From positions 1 to 44,907 of the forward strand of contig JAOUFI010000013.1 in NCBI GenBank assembly GCA_029858305.1: a DNA stretch of 44,907 nucleotides. Reading direction: 5' to 3'. Both the position numbers and the translations under genes were made by a program. The DNA comes from Candidatus Thorarchaeota archaeon (GTDB taxonomy: Archaea > Asgardarchaeota > Thorarchaeia > Thorarchaeales > Thorarchaeaceae). The notes under the pieces were generated by a model. That model saw only the letters and a list, made by a program, of their open reading frames with translations, searched no databases and was not told where the DNA came from. Below, one piece after another: positions 18,598 through 27,382 of the stretch; the stretch's first letter is position 1, and each line of letters begins with the position of its first letter.

Positions 18598-19344
18598 ATT
18601 CGAGCTGTTCAAGGACATCAAAGCATCTAATGCTACGGTAACGAGATTGTCCAAAGGGGGTTTTCCAATTATCTTAGCTTCTTTGACAACATTCTCTCCG
18701 ACGACAACACATGCACATCCAACCCTCACGCCTCGGAGATGACCGATAACAAAAAGGGCAGCAGACTCCATCTCTGTGGCTAAAACACCTGCTTCTCTCA
18801 TTGTCACCCATTTCTGACGCATAACTTCAGGTTCTGTCACATATGATGGATGTTCACTATAGAATGCATCTTTGCTATGCCCTATTCCGATATGATATGG
18901 TATCTTTTTTCTTTCAGCTGCACTATGGAGTGCTCTAACAACCTCCGGATGAGCAATAGCAGGAAACTCAATAGGTACATACTGTTTTGAAGTTCCTTCA
19001 TCACGAATTGAAGCAGTGAAGATAACAATGTCACCTGTTTTAACCTCATGACTAATTGCTCCTGATGTTCCAACTCGAATGAAAGTCTTGCATCCTACTT
19101 TTACGAGCTCTTCAAGAGCTATAGCAGCTGAAGGACAACCAATCCCAGTAGAACACACCCCTATCGGAACTCCCTTCCATAATCCCTTATAGCTCCAATA
19201 TTCACGATGTTTTGCGATCTCAATTGGATCATCAAAGAAGTCCTCTGCTATTTTTCTTGCTCGATCCGGATCACCCGGTAACAACACTAATTCTGGAATC
19301 TCACCTCGAGCTATTCCAATATGATATTCCTTTTCTAATTCCAT
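18577..19344 (-). CDS. udp: Uridine/nucleoside phosphorylase
   Basis: YHIG, LPGDPDR, STGIGCPSAAI, IRVGTSG, RDEGTS, EMESAALF motifs. Confidence 0.9.
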   Translation of the reverse strand: MELEKEYHIGIARGEIPELVLLPGDPDRARKIAEDFFDDPIEIAKHREYWSYKGLWKGVPIGVCSTGIGCPSAAIALEELVKVGCKTFIRVGTSGAISHEVKTGDIVIFTASIRDEGTSKQYVPIEFPAIAHPEVVRALHSAAERKKIPYHIGIGHSKDAFYSEHPSYVTEPEVMRQKWVTMREAGVLATEMESAALFVIGHLRGVRVGCACVVVGENVVKEAKIIGKPPLDNLVTVALDALMSLNSSNLDITEP

Positions 19345-19699
19345 ATCATAACCTAGAACAGCGGATATTGAGGTTGAGAAAAGGCTTTCGTAATCCACAC
19401 TATTTTTTTCAATATCAATTTCTTTTATGAAATAGGATGAACTTATTCGATGCATTCTTCTGGATGGCTATCGAAATTAAAGTGAAAATGTAACAGAATT
19501 TTAAATGAATGTAGTTTCGTTGATTCAGAGATCATCCCTAAGAGTAGTATTCCTTCAACGAAGGTATGTCCTCGTTGATCAAAATATTGTCGTCAGGCAC
19601 TAAATAATCTCAAGAAGAGATTTGGTGAAGCAAATCACTCCAAAATCGAGGATAGCTATAGGTATGACTGCAAGCTCCTGATGTTAAGAGAACCCACAA

Positions 19700-20686
19700 T
19701 CAGAGTGTTTCTACTAGAGTGTCTACAATGTTATAACAGAGATTCTGGTGCTCTTTGCTAAAAATTTCAGTATTCACAGTATTTGAAGTCACTATCCTTT
19801 CATTACACTTCTCAATAAGTCGTTCGAGAAGTTCCTCGCCTCTCTCCAAAAGTGGTACAACGTGAGCTACTGCCAAGACAACTTCTTTTGCTCCTTGCTC
19901 CAATAATCTGTCTCGAGCTTTCAGAAGCGTACTTCCACTTTTTGTCAAATCATCAATGACAATAACATTTAATCCATTGACATCAAGATCACCATGAAGC
20001 TCAACTTTAAAGGAATTTGTTCTACTCTTTCCAAAACCATCAATTTTGTATCGTTCTTGTGCTCCTTCATCAGGTGCAATGACTACGCAATCCTTGAAAC
20101 GAAATTCTCTTTTCGCAAAATCAACTAGATCTGGTATTACATCAATTATCTTGTAAAGCCCTTTGTCTTTTAATTTGCGAACCCATTCCAGACTATCTGG
20201 TGCGTGTGGACTCACAACAAATACCTTGTTGCAATTCTTAGCAATCGTTTCGATAGCCCATCGTCCAGATGATGCTTCGCCAGTTTCAAAGGACTTGTCT
20301 TGTAGAGCAAATGGTTGAAATGTGAGTACAACCTCTACACTCTTTGGAGGAGGGATAGGTGTACTAGAGTATTGCTTGTGAGCAATCTTTTCCACATTAA
20401 GCGGTTTCGACAGCATATCTAAAAGAAGTAGTAGCTCGACTATACGGTCCGAAGTACTATATTGTTCGTTTTCTGCGGGGCCCGAACCAGTGCAACTTTG
20501 GACTACGATAACTCTTCTGCCAGAGAGCTGAGCGACTTTTCCTATCTTTACATAAATATCTGCATTTGGAAACATGCGCTTGTAATCATAATTGAGATCC
20601 GAAGTGTAGACTCGGAATCCTAATTCTTCAAATCTACTCTGGAGATGTTCTGCACCACTTCCTAAAACCACATCATATTCTTTCAT
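19700..20686 (-). CDS. Divergent ribose-phosphate pyrophosphokinase-like protein (PRTase fold)
   Basis: FPNADIYVKI, ELLLLLD, QDK, APDEGA, VIDDLTKSGSTL, VAH motifs. Confidence 0.75.
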   Translation of the reverse strand: MKEYDVVLGSGAEHLQSRFEELGFRVYTSDLNYDYKRMFPNADIYVKIGKVAQLSGRRVIVVQSCTGSGPAENEQYSTSDRIVELLLLLDMLSKPLNVEKIAHKQYSSTPIPPPKSVEVVLTFQPFALQDKSFETGEASSGRWAIETIAKNCNKVFVVSPHAPDSLEWVRKLKDKGLYKIIDVIPDLVDFAKREFRFKDCVVIAPDEGAQERYKIDGFGKSRTNSFKVELHGDLDVNGLNVIVIDDLTKSGSTLLKARDRLLEQGAKEVVLAVAHVVPLLERGEELLERLIEKCNERIVTSNTVNTEIFSKEHQNLCYNIVDTLVETL

Positions 20687-20877
20687 AGAACAGACCGCCG
20701 AATGTGGCCGAAATTTACACCCTAATGAGGTTTGTCCCTCTGATGAGTAGCTGATTTTACGAATACGTAATTTCTTACATTCATTCTCTTTTCTGCAATA
20801 GACTATTTAAGGTTTCAAAAGATTGTATAATTGTGTTTCAGGGTTAGAAAATAATTTCAACTCAGGAGAACAATCTG

Positions 20878-21411
20878 ATGAAGAGTAAACTTCGCAGCAT
20901 GATTCTCATCTCCATCACCTTTCTAGTTTTGTTGGGTTCTTTATGGTTCCATACTGCTGCCTTTGACATCAAGAAAAACGTTGTTTCTGATACGGGCACT
21001 CTAACACTGACGGGTTCTACCGGACCCTTTTATTATTCCAATGTTTCCGTAGAACATTCGATTTCATGGACTGTAAACACAACAACATCTAACTCAATTT
21101 CATGCCAATTATTGCACAATGGAACCATTCTGCAGAGTAGAGTCTTTGAGGCGGGAGAGTCTACAATTATCTATACAATTCAACCGCGGGTGCTTCCTCT
21201 AGCGACTCATAATTTTACTGTTGTTGCTACTGATGAAATAGAAACAAAGTCATGGACTGTCTTAGTAACAATTTACTATAGTGGCACATCCAATCTAGTG
21301 GATTTAGGCCCTTGGGGAGCTTTAATAGCTGCAGCTTTTGGACTTTCAGTAATTATGTATCTCTCCCGCTCACAACGGTTGATGGTACCAGTACGTACCC
21401 CCAAACATTGA
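20878..21411 (+). CDS. Secreted Ig-like protein with C-terminal TM anchor
   Basis: Signal peptide, beta-rich ISW..HNFTVVATD..TVLVTI, C-terminal hydrophobic helix and basic tail. Confidence 0.65.
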   Translation: MKSKLRSMILISITFLVLLGSLWFHTAAFDIKKNVVSDTGTLTLTGSTGPFYYSNVSVEHSISWTVNTTTSNSISCQLLHNGTILQSRVFEAGESTIIYTIQPRVLPLATHNFTVVATDEIETKSWTVLVTIYYSGTSNLVDLGPWGALIAAAFGLSVIMYLSRSQRLMVPVRTPKH

Positions 21412-21605
21412 AACAGTATGCAATTTTGTAAAGTCAGATAATGTAGAGTCTTTGAGAATCTATGAACATTTATTGTAATTATTAGGGCACATCATTGATA
21501 TGATGTTGATTAATGGTATGTCACTTCAGCTTTCTACGTTCGCTTGAGTAAAGCTAAAATGACTATCCTGTGATAGACCGTTGCTACCATAGGGCTGTGT
21601 GTTGA

Positions 21606-22310
21606 TTGAGTCTAACTGCGAGAGAACTTATACAGCGGCTTGCAGAAGATACTAGCTCTACATATCATGGTATCGCAAAACGGGTCAACCGTATGATGGA
21701 ACAGGGCAAGGGTCTTCTTCAGTCGGTTCGAGAAATTGCAGAAGAAAATAAAATCAATCCTGAGAAATATAGTATCGACCCTGTCAGGATTGTCGCTGAA
21801 ACAGAGAAAATACTTCGCGAGGATTACACACAAACACTAATGATTTCAGCGGTTCTTGGGCAAATGGTAGAAGCAAGAGGAAAGAAGCGATTTCCTCCAC
21901 CAGCTTTCTTTGCTTTCATCGAAATGCTCTCAATGGTTTCAGATGTGCCACGAGATATAAAATCTGAAACCTCTATTGAGATTGAGGAACGAACAACGCG
22001 TATTATTGAGTTGATGACAACTCTTGTATCTCTGCTCTGCGAGTGGTCAGAACAAGGAATTATTGGAGTGGCTCCTGATTGCCCTGACTCATTACGCGAG
22101 GTAGCTCGCGCTGTCTTTAGAAAGACCAAACTTCTCCAAGGTGGATTATGGACCTGTATTTCTTGTAGTAATATTGTGGAAGTCAGAGAAACTCGCGCTC
22201 TGATGTGCTTGGACTGTGATAAAAAAATCTCATCTTCTCGCAGTATTGAGGACAGATTTGAATCGCTTGGAGGACGTGACCGAATTGGATATGGTCGTAC
22301 TTCTGAATAG
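21606..22310 (+). CDS. Hypothetical helical protein with C-terminal zinc ribbon
   Basis: WTCISC..MCLDC; TTG start. Confidence 0.65.
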   Translation: MSLTARELIQRLAEDTSSTYHGIAKRVNRMMEQGKGLLQSVREIAEENKINPEKYSIDPVRIVAETEKILREDYTQTLMISAVLGQMVEARGKKRFPPPAFFAFIEMLSMVSDVPRDIKSETSIEIEERTTRIIELMTTLVSLLCEWSEQGIIGVAPDCPDSLREVARAVFRKTKLLQGGLWTCISCSNIVEVRETRALMCLDCDKKISSSRSIEDRFESLGGRDRIGYGRTSE

Positions 22311-22320
22311 TTCTCTCTTC

Positions 22321-22962
22321 TCATAATGATAAATTCAAATCAAGGCCTCTCTCAAGAAGTTCGAGAGCTAATTCAACCTCTGACTGGAAGACTGCTATAT
22401 CATCCACTTGTAGGATAAGCTCTTGATCTTTGGATTCCTCTAAAAACAAGATGACTGGGTCTAGACCTGCAACAGCTCCTGCACTAATCAGAGGGGCAGT
22501 GATTCCATCATAGTAATCAGCACGACCGAGTGGAACATCCATGCGTTTTAATAATCGATCTCCGCTCTTGGAGAGCACCTGCCCGCATGTAAGACCATCG
22601 TGAGTCACAATAGAAATCACAAATCTGGTAGGAACATGACCTCTGATGTAAAATAGCATATCAGTCATCCAATCATACTCTTTCATCATTACATCTCCAA
22701 AGATAATCATCAGGTCATCAGCAACCATTGCATGAACAGGTACAACAGGAGCTTTGATATCTGTCGGATATCGATTCCATGAAGAAAATGCTGGAGAGTT
22801 GAAAATCAAGAGACTCTCAAAATCATTCTTCTCGTAGAGTTGCCTACAAACTGCATGCCCCATTGGATTTAGTCCTAAGATGACAGAGTATGTTTCAGTA
22901 ATCTTCTGCTTTTTATATACCTCGAGAATTGGTGAAATCCATTCCTGCTCAAATGTCGGCAT
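22321..22962 (-). CDS. PAC2 (proteasome assembly chaperone)-like protein, divergent
   Basis: GLNPMGH N-terminal loop, LMIIFGD, DGITAPLI and LERGLDLNL resemble the PAC2/ATP-grasp-like family layout. Confidence 0.5.
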   Translation of the reverse strand: MPTFEQEWISPILEVYKKQKITETYSVILGLNPMGHAVCRQLYEKNDFESLLIFNSPAFSSWNRYPTDIKAPVVPVHAMVADDLMIIFGDVMMKEYDWMTDMLFYIRGHVPTRFVISIVTHDGLTCGQVLSKSGDRLLKRMDVPLGRADYYDGITAPLISAGAVAGLDPVILFLEESKDQELILQVDDIAVFQSEVELALELLERGLDLNLSL

Positions 22963-23133
22963 TACGTTTACCCCATCTCCATATTCTGATAGGCCTCTAA
23001 TGACTGTTCGTGTTACTTTAATCTCATCCTAATAGTAAACTAAAAACGCTTTCAGAATAATGACCCATCCGATGAATTTATACGGACGGCTCGTTCGAGG
23101 CCTTCCCGTCTAACACTACCGGTGCGTGTGAGT

Positions 23134-24480
23134 ATGAATAAATACATAGAGAGTGTTTACAACAGGATTGTCGAAAAAGACCCTGATCAAAAGGTTTTCC
23201 ATCAGGCTGTATTGGAAGTACTCGAGTCTTTGGAGCCAGCAATCAAGAAATATCCAAAGTACCAGGAATTCTCTATTTTAGAGAGAATAACAGAACCTGA
23301 ACGAATAATTCAGTTTCGTGTACCGTGGAAGGACAAGGATGGCAAGATTCAGGTTAACAGAGGCTTTAGAATTCAATTCAATTCGGCTATAGGGCCATAC
23401 AAAGGTGGTCTTCGTTTACATCCTACTGTTAATCAAGGCGTACTCAAATTTTTGGGTTTTGAGCAAGTTTTCAAGAATAGCTTGACAACTCTTCCGATGG
23501 GAGGTGCTAAGGGTGGTTCTGATTTCGATCCAAAGGGTAAGACTGATGGTGAGGTAGAGAGCTTCTGTGAGAGTTTTATGTTTGAACTCTATAGACACAT
23601 AGGTCAATTTATTGATATACCCGCTGGAGACATCGGTGTAGGTGGACGTGAAATTGGCTACTTTTATGGAGCTTATAGGAAAATTACAAACAACCATGGC
23701 ACTGGTGTTCTAACAGGCAAAGGCGGCGGTTGGGGTGGTTCATTAATTCGCCCCGAAGCAACTGGATTTGGTTGCGTGTACTTTGTGCAAGAGATGCTCA
23801 AGACTAAGGGTGAAGACATAAAGGGTAAGACTGTCTGTGTGTCTGGCTCAGGTAACGTTGCTCAATATGCAACCGAGAAGTGCATTCAACTAGGTGCAAA
23901 GGTAATTTCCCTTAGTGATTCTTCTGGCTGGATTCATGATCCAGATGGCATTACTCAGAAGAAACTTGATTGGGTTATGGATCTGAAGAATGTTCGTAGA
24001 GGCAGAATCCAAGAGTATGCAGAACAATTCAAAGTTGATTACTCAACATCGGGAAGCCCATGGAGCCTCAAGTGCGATATTGCATTGCCATGCGCCACTC
24101 AAAATGAGGTGGATGCAAACGAGGCGAAGGCACTTGTAGATAATGGAGTTCTTGCTGTTGGAGAAGGAGCAAACATGCCTACTGTACCTGAGGGTGTTGA
24201 AATCTTCCTCAAAAACAAGATTCTCTTCGGTCCTGGAAAAGCTGCCAATGCAGGTGGAGTGTCGGTTTCTGGCCTTGAGATGGCTCAGAACAGCCAGCGC
24301 TTCTTCTGGACACGTGAAGAAGTAGATGCTAAACTTCATCAGATCATGCAGAATATTCATGCAAATGCATACAAGACATCCGAGCTCTTTGGCGCAAAGG
24401 GTAACTATGTCATAGGTGCAAACATTGCAGGTTTCTTGAAAGTCGCCAATGCAATGATTGACCAAGGTCAATTTGCATAA
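23134..24480 (+). CDS. gdhA: NADP-type glutamate dehydrogenase
   Basis: GPYKGGLR, KNSLTTLPMGGAKGGSDFDP, PAGDIGVGGRE, SGSGNVA, PCATQNE, KAANAGGV motifs. Confidence 0.97.
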   Translation: MNKYIESVYNRIVEKDPDQKVFHQAVLEVLESLEPAIKKYPKYQEFSILERITEPERIIQFRVPWKDKDGKIQVNRGFRIQFNSAIGPYKGGLRLHPTVNQGVLKFLGFEQVFKNSLTTLPMGGAKGGSDFDPKGKTDGEVESFCESFMFELYRHIGQFIDIPAGDIGVGGREIGYFYGAYRKITNNHGTGVLTGKGGGWGGSLIRPEATGFGCVYFVQEMLKTKGEDIKGKTVCVSGSGNVAQYATEKCIQLGAKVISLSDSSGWIHDPDGITQKKLDWVMDLKNVRRGRIQEYAEQFKVDYSTSGSPWSLKCDIALPCATQNEVDANEAKALVDNGVLAVGEGANMPTVPEGVEIFLKNKILFGPGKAANAGGVSVSGLEMAQNSQRFFWTREEVDAKLHQIMQNIHANAYKTSELFGAKGNYVIGANIAGFLKVANAMIDQGQFA

Positions 24481-24491
24481 TTAAAAGACTA

Positions 24492-24530
24492 TGCGGGATT
24501 CCCTTGGAATCCTGCACTTTCTTCTTTTTC
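24492..24530 (+). terminator. Hairpin plus T-tract terminator between convergent genes
   Basis: TGCGGGATTCC-CTT-GGAATCCTGCA then CTTTCTTCTTTTT. Confidence 0.7.
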
Positions 24531-24548
24531 AATGATCAAATATAGCAA

Positions 24549-25154
24549 TCAACTTCGTATGATTTCTAAAAGCTCTGCAAGTCTACGCTTAATATCGGAT
24601 TCTACTGTTCGTAATTCCGCAAGTTGACGAATTTGTTCAATTCTACTCTTTCTATATTCTGCTTCTGAAATCTTACCATTTCTTCTTTCGCGTTCCATCT
24701 TGTCTGACTCTGCATTAATTTCTGTTCTTCTTGCCTCGGTAAGATCAAAACCCTGCTTAAGACTCATCCATTCAATCATCGCATGGCTTCTCTCCTCTTC
24801 CATGCGCAGTCGACGTTGTTTGTCAATCTCCATCTGTTTGAGCTGGTTATTGGCAGTCCTAATTTCTTTTTGAATCTCAAAGAGTCTTGCTTCTACCTCT
24901 CTCTTTACTTGAATCATCTGAGTCGATACTGCCCACTTATCGCGATATAGGATAATATGTTCTGATTCAGTTAAACTGCCACTAGCCAATTTCCGATCGA
25001 GGTCATTTAGTTCTTTTTGAATTTCGCTCAACTGTGTTTTCAATTCATCATAGGACTTTTTGAGCGAAACCCATTCAACACTATATTGGCTTAGAACTTC
25101 TTTCGGATCCACAAAGAACGTATCTTCACGTGTTGCACCTTCGCGATGACTCAT
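24549..25154 (-). CDS. Internally duplicated coiled-coil protein, CdvA-like
   Basis: Two repeats: EWVSLKKSYD..GSLTESEH and EWMSLKQGFD..GKISEAEY. Confidence 0.65.
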   Translation of the reverse strand: MSHREGATREDTFFVDPKEVLSQYSVEWVSLKKSYDELKTQLSEIQKELNDLDRKLASGSLTESEHIILYRDKWAVSTQMIQVKREVEARLFEIQKEIRTANNQLKQMEIDKQRRLRMEEERSHAMIEWMSLKQGFDLTEARRTEINAESDKMERERRNGKISEAEYRKSRIEQIRQLAELRTVESDIKRRLAELLEIIRS

Positions 25155-25314
25155 ATTGAGATTATCTCCGTTCCTTCATTAGATTTCATTACCTACCAAT
25201 GATTTAAGGCATTTCCTTAAACATCTTCTATTCTGTTTAATCTCTTCCATAAGAATTGTATTAACCTATCCTCTTAAGAGGTAGCAGGATATACATCAAA
25301 ATGCTGTGAGTGCG

Positions 25315-26382
25315 ATGGAGATAGAGATTAATCTAGCACCTCCTGAAGAACTAAAAGAGAAACCCTCAGATGTTCTTAAGGTTCCTTTCGGTACAGTATT
25401 CACTGATCATATGTTTTCAATGCAATATTCTGCAAGTAAATGGCACGATGCCATGATCCATCAATTTGCTCCATTGTCGCTAAGCCCTGCAGCCTTGTGT
25501 CTGCATTATGGTCAGGGCATATTTGAAGGTATGAAGGCATACAAGCATGAAGAACGCGTACTTCTCTTTCGTCCAGAAAAGAACTTTGAACGCTTAAATC
25601 GATCCGCTAATCGAATGGTGATGCCACATGTTGATGTCGATATTGCACTTGAGGCTCTTAAGAAACTGCTACTAATAGAAAATTCATGGGTACCAGATGT
25701 TGCAGGAAGTTCTCTCTACATTCGGCCCACTATGATTGGCACTCAAGCTAAGCTGGGTGTTAAGCCTGCTGATGAATACCTCTTCTATATCATTCTAAGT
25801 CCGGTAGGACCGTACTTCAGAGAAGGCTTTAGTCCTGTCAACATCTATCTAAGTACTGAATATGTCCGTGCAGTTCGTGGCGGTGTTGGTGTTGCTAAGA
25901 CTATAGGCAACTATGCTGCTGGTCTTTTTGCAGGAACGAAAGCCGCAGAAGTTGGCTGTTCTCAAGTTCTCTGGTTGGATGCACTTGAACGGAAGTATCT
26001 TGAAGAAGTAGGCACGATGAACATTTTCGTGAAGTTCGATGATGAGCTCGCCACACCCCCACTTAGTGGCACAATTCTAGCGGGAATCACCCGGGATTCT
26101 GTTCTAACTCTCGCAAAGGATATGGGAGTAAAAGTCATGGAGCGACAGATTTCCGTAGATGAAGTAATCGAAGGTATTGCATCAGGAAAGGTTGTTGAAA
26201 TGTTTGGTTGTGGCACTGCGGCAATCATTGCTCCTGTTGGTTCTCTGTGGTTCAACGATAGACCTTACACAGTATCTGATGGGAAGACTGGCAAACTAAC
26301 TCAAGAGCTCTTTGACGAACTAACTGGCATCCAATCCGGTATACGAGAAGATCGGTATGGCTGGATTGTTGAGGTAGATTGA
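25315..26382 (+). CDS. ilvE: Branched-chain amino acid aminotransferase
   Basis: FGTVFTDHM, LHYGQGIFEGMK, SLYIRP, AKTIGNY, EEVGTMN, ILAGITRDS, GCGTAA motifs. Confidence 0.96.
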   Translation: MEIEINLAPPEELKEKPSDVLKVPFGTVFTDHMFSMQYSASKWHDAMIHQFAPLSLSPAALCLHYGQGIFEGMKAYKHEERVLLFRPEKNFERLNRSANRMVMPHVDVDIALEALKKLLLIENSWVPDVAGSSLYIRPTMIGTQAKLGVKPADEYLFYIILSPVGPYFREGFSPVNIYLSTEYVRAVRGGVGVAKTIGNYAAGLFAGTKAAEVGCSQVLWLDALERKYLEEVGTMNIFVKFDDELATPPLSGTILAGITRDSVLTLAKDMGVKVMERQISVDEVIEGIASGKVVEMFGCGTAAIIAPVGSLWFNDRPYTVSDGKTGKLTQELFDELTGIQSGIREDRYGWIVEVD

Positions 26383-26389
26383 GAATCGC

Positions 26390-26749
26390 TTAAAGGTCAA
26401 ATTCATCTTTCTCAGCATCTGAAATTTCTGGTTCAGATGAATCAAGTGTATCCCATGCAGGCGGAGCATCCAGAGAAGATTCTTCATCATCAGAAATCTC
26501 ATATTGTTCCATTATTTCTGGAGGGAGTTCTTCTTCTTCTTCCTCCTCTTCTTCCTCTTCATCTGGCTCCACTAATTTGAATTCTCTCACAAGTTTGCCT
26601 TCTTCGATTCTCTCCAAGAGCAATCGAAACATTCTTTCAACGACAACGCTCCGGCCCTTGGCCTCGAACTCGATATTGCCAATTTCGAATTCAACTTCTG
26701 CGTAGTCAGATTTCTTTCCTTTCTTGTCTTTCAAATCGTCCTCCGACAT
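26390..26749 (-). CDS. Small acidic hypothetical protein with poly-Glu tract
   Basis: beta-beta-alpha N-domain (VEFEIGNIEFEAKG..VERMFRLLL), then DEEEEEEEEEE and an acidic tail. Confidence 0.7.
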   Translation of the reverse strand: MSEDDLKDKKGKKSDYAEVEFEIGNIEFEAKGRSVVVERMFRLLLERIEEGKLVREFKLVEPDEEEEEEEEEEELPPEIMEQYEISDDEESSLDAPPAWDTLDSSEPEISDAEKDEFDL

Positions 26750-26866
26750 TTTTCACAACCTAGCATCACTTATAGCTCTAACCTTAATAAACCGTGTAGG
26801 CATAATCCAAATATTGGATTCGCCAAAGCATTTTAGAGAGATTATTACTCATCACATGCTCCCGAG

Positions 26867-27382
26867 GTGGTTTATCTGCCATCACAATTGATTATTGATA
26901 TGAACCGATGCACAGGGTGCCGAATATGTGAATTGGCGTGTTCTGCACATCATGAAGGAAAATTCCAACCAAGTCTTGCACGGTTGAAAATAGTGCGATA
27001 TGACGATATTGGTCTAGATGTTCCTAATGTCTGTGGTCCTTGTGAAACTGCTCCTTGCGTTGATATCTGCCCTGTATATGCAATGCGTCGTGATCCTATT
27101 ACTAAAATGACCTATCTCGATGACGACAAATGTATCCTATGTAAATCATGTGTAGGCGTTTGCGTGAATGGAGTCATCCTTCTTGATACTGTTCAAATGA
27201 GAATCATCAAATGTGATCATTGTGATGGAGACCCCGAATGCGCAAAGGCATGTCCAACCGGAGCAATAACATATGGTCCAACAGCCTCATTGGCATCAGT
27301 CGATCGTCATGGTAAGATTATCAGTTACTTGAAAGAAATCAGCCGCACCAACAAAGCTGAAGAGGTAAGTGGAGCTGAGTGA
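26867..27382 (+). CDS. 4Fe-4S polyferredoxin subunit of the aldehyde oxidoreductase
   Basis: Four Cys clusters (CTGCRICELAC, CGPCETAPCVDICP, CILCKSCVGVC, KCDHCDGDPECAKACPTGA); overlaps next gene by GTGA. Confidence 0.93.
   Translation: MVYLPSQLIIDMNRCTGCRICELACSAHHEGKFQPSLARLKIVRYDDIGLDVPNVCGPCETAPCVDICPVYAMRRDPITKMTYLDDDKCILCKSCVGVCVNGVILLDTVQMRIIKCDHCDGDPECAKACPTGAITYGPTASLASVDRHGKIISYLKEISRTNKAEEVSGAE

Noticed and set aside
20722-20770. Hammerhead-ribozyme-like CTGATGA-stem-GAA
   Set aside because: GAAA reads GAAT, and no stem III or valid NUH cleavage triplet can be built
23085-23110. GACGG/CCGTC inverted repeat upstream of gdhA
   Set aside because: Only 5-bp arms; it could be an operator next to the TTTATA box but is too weak to call
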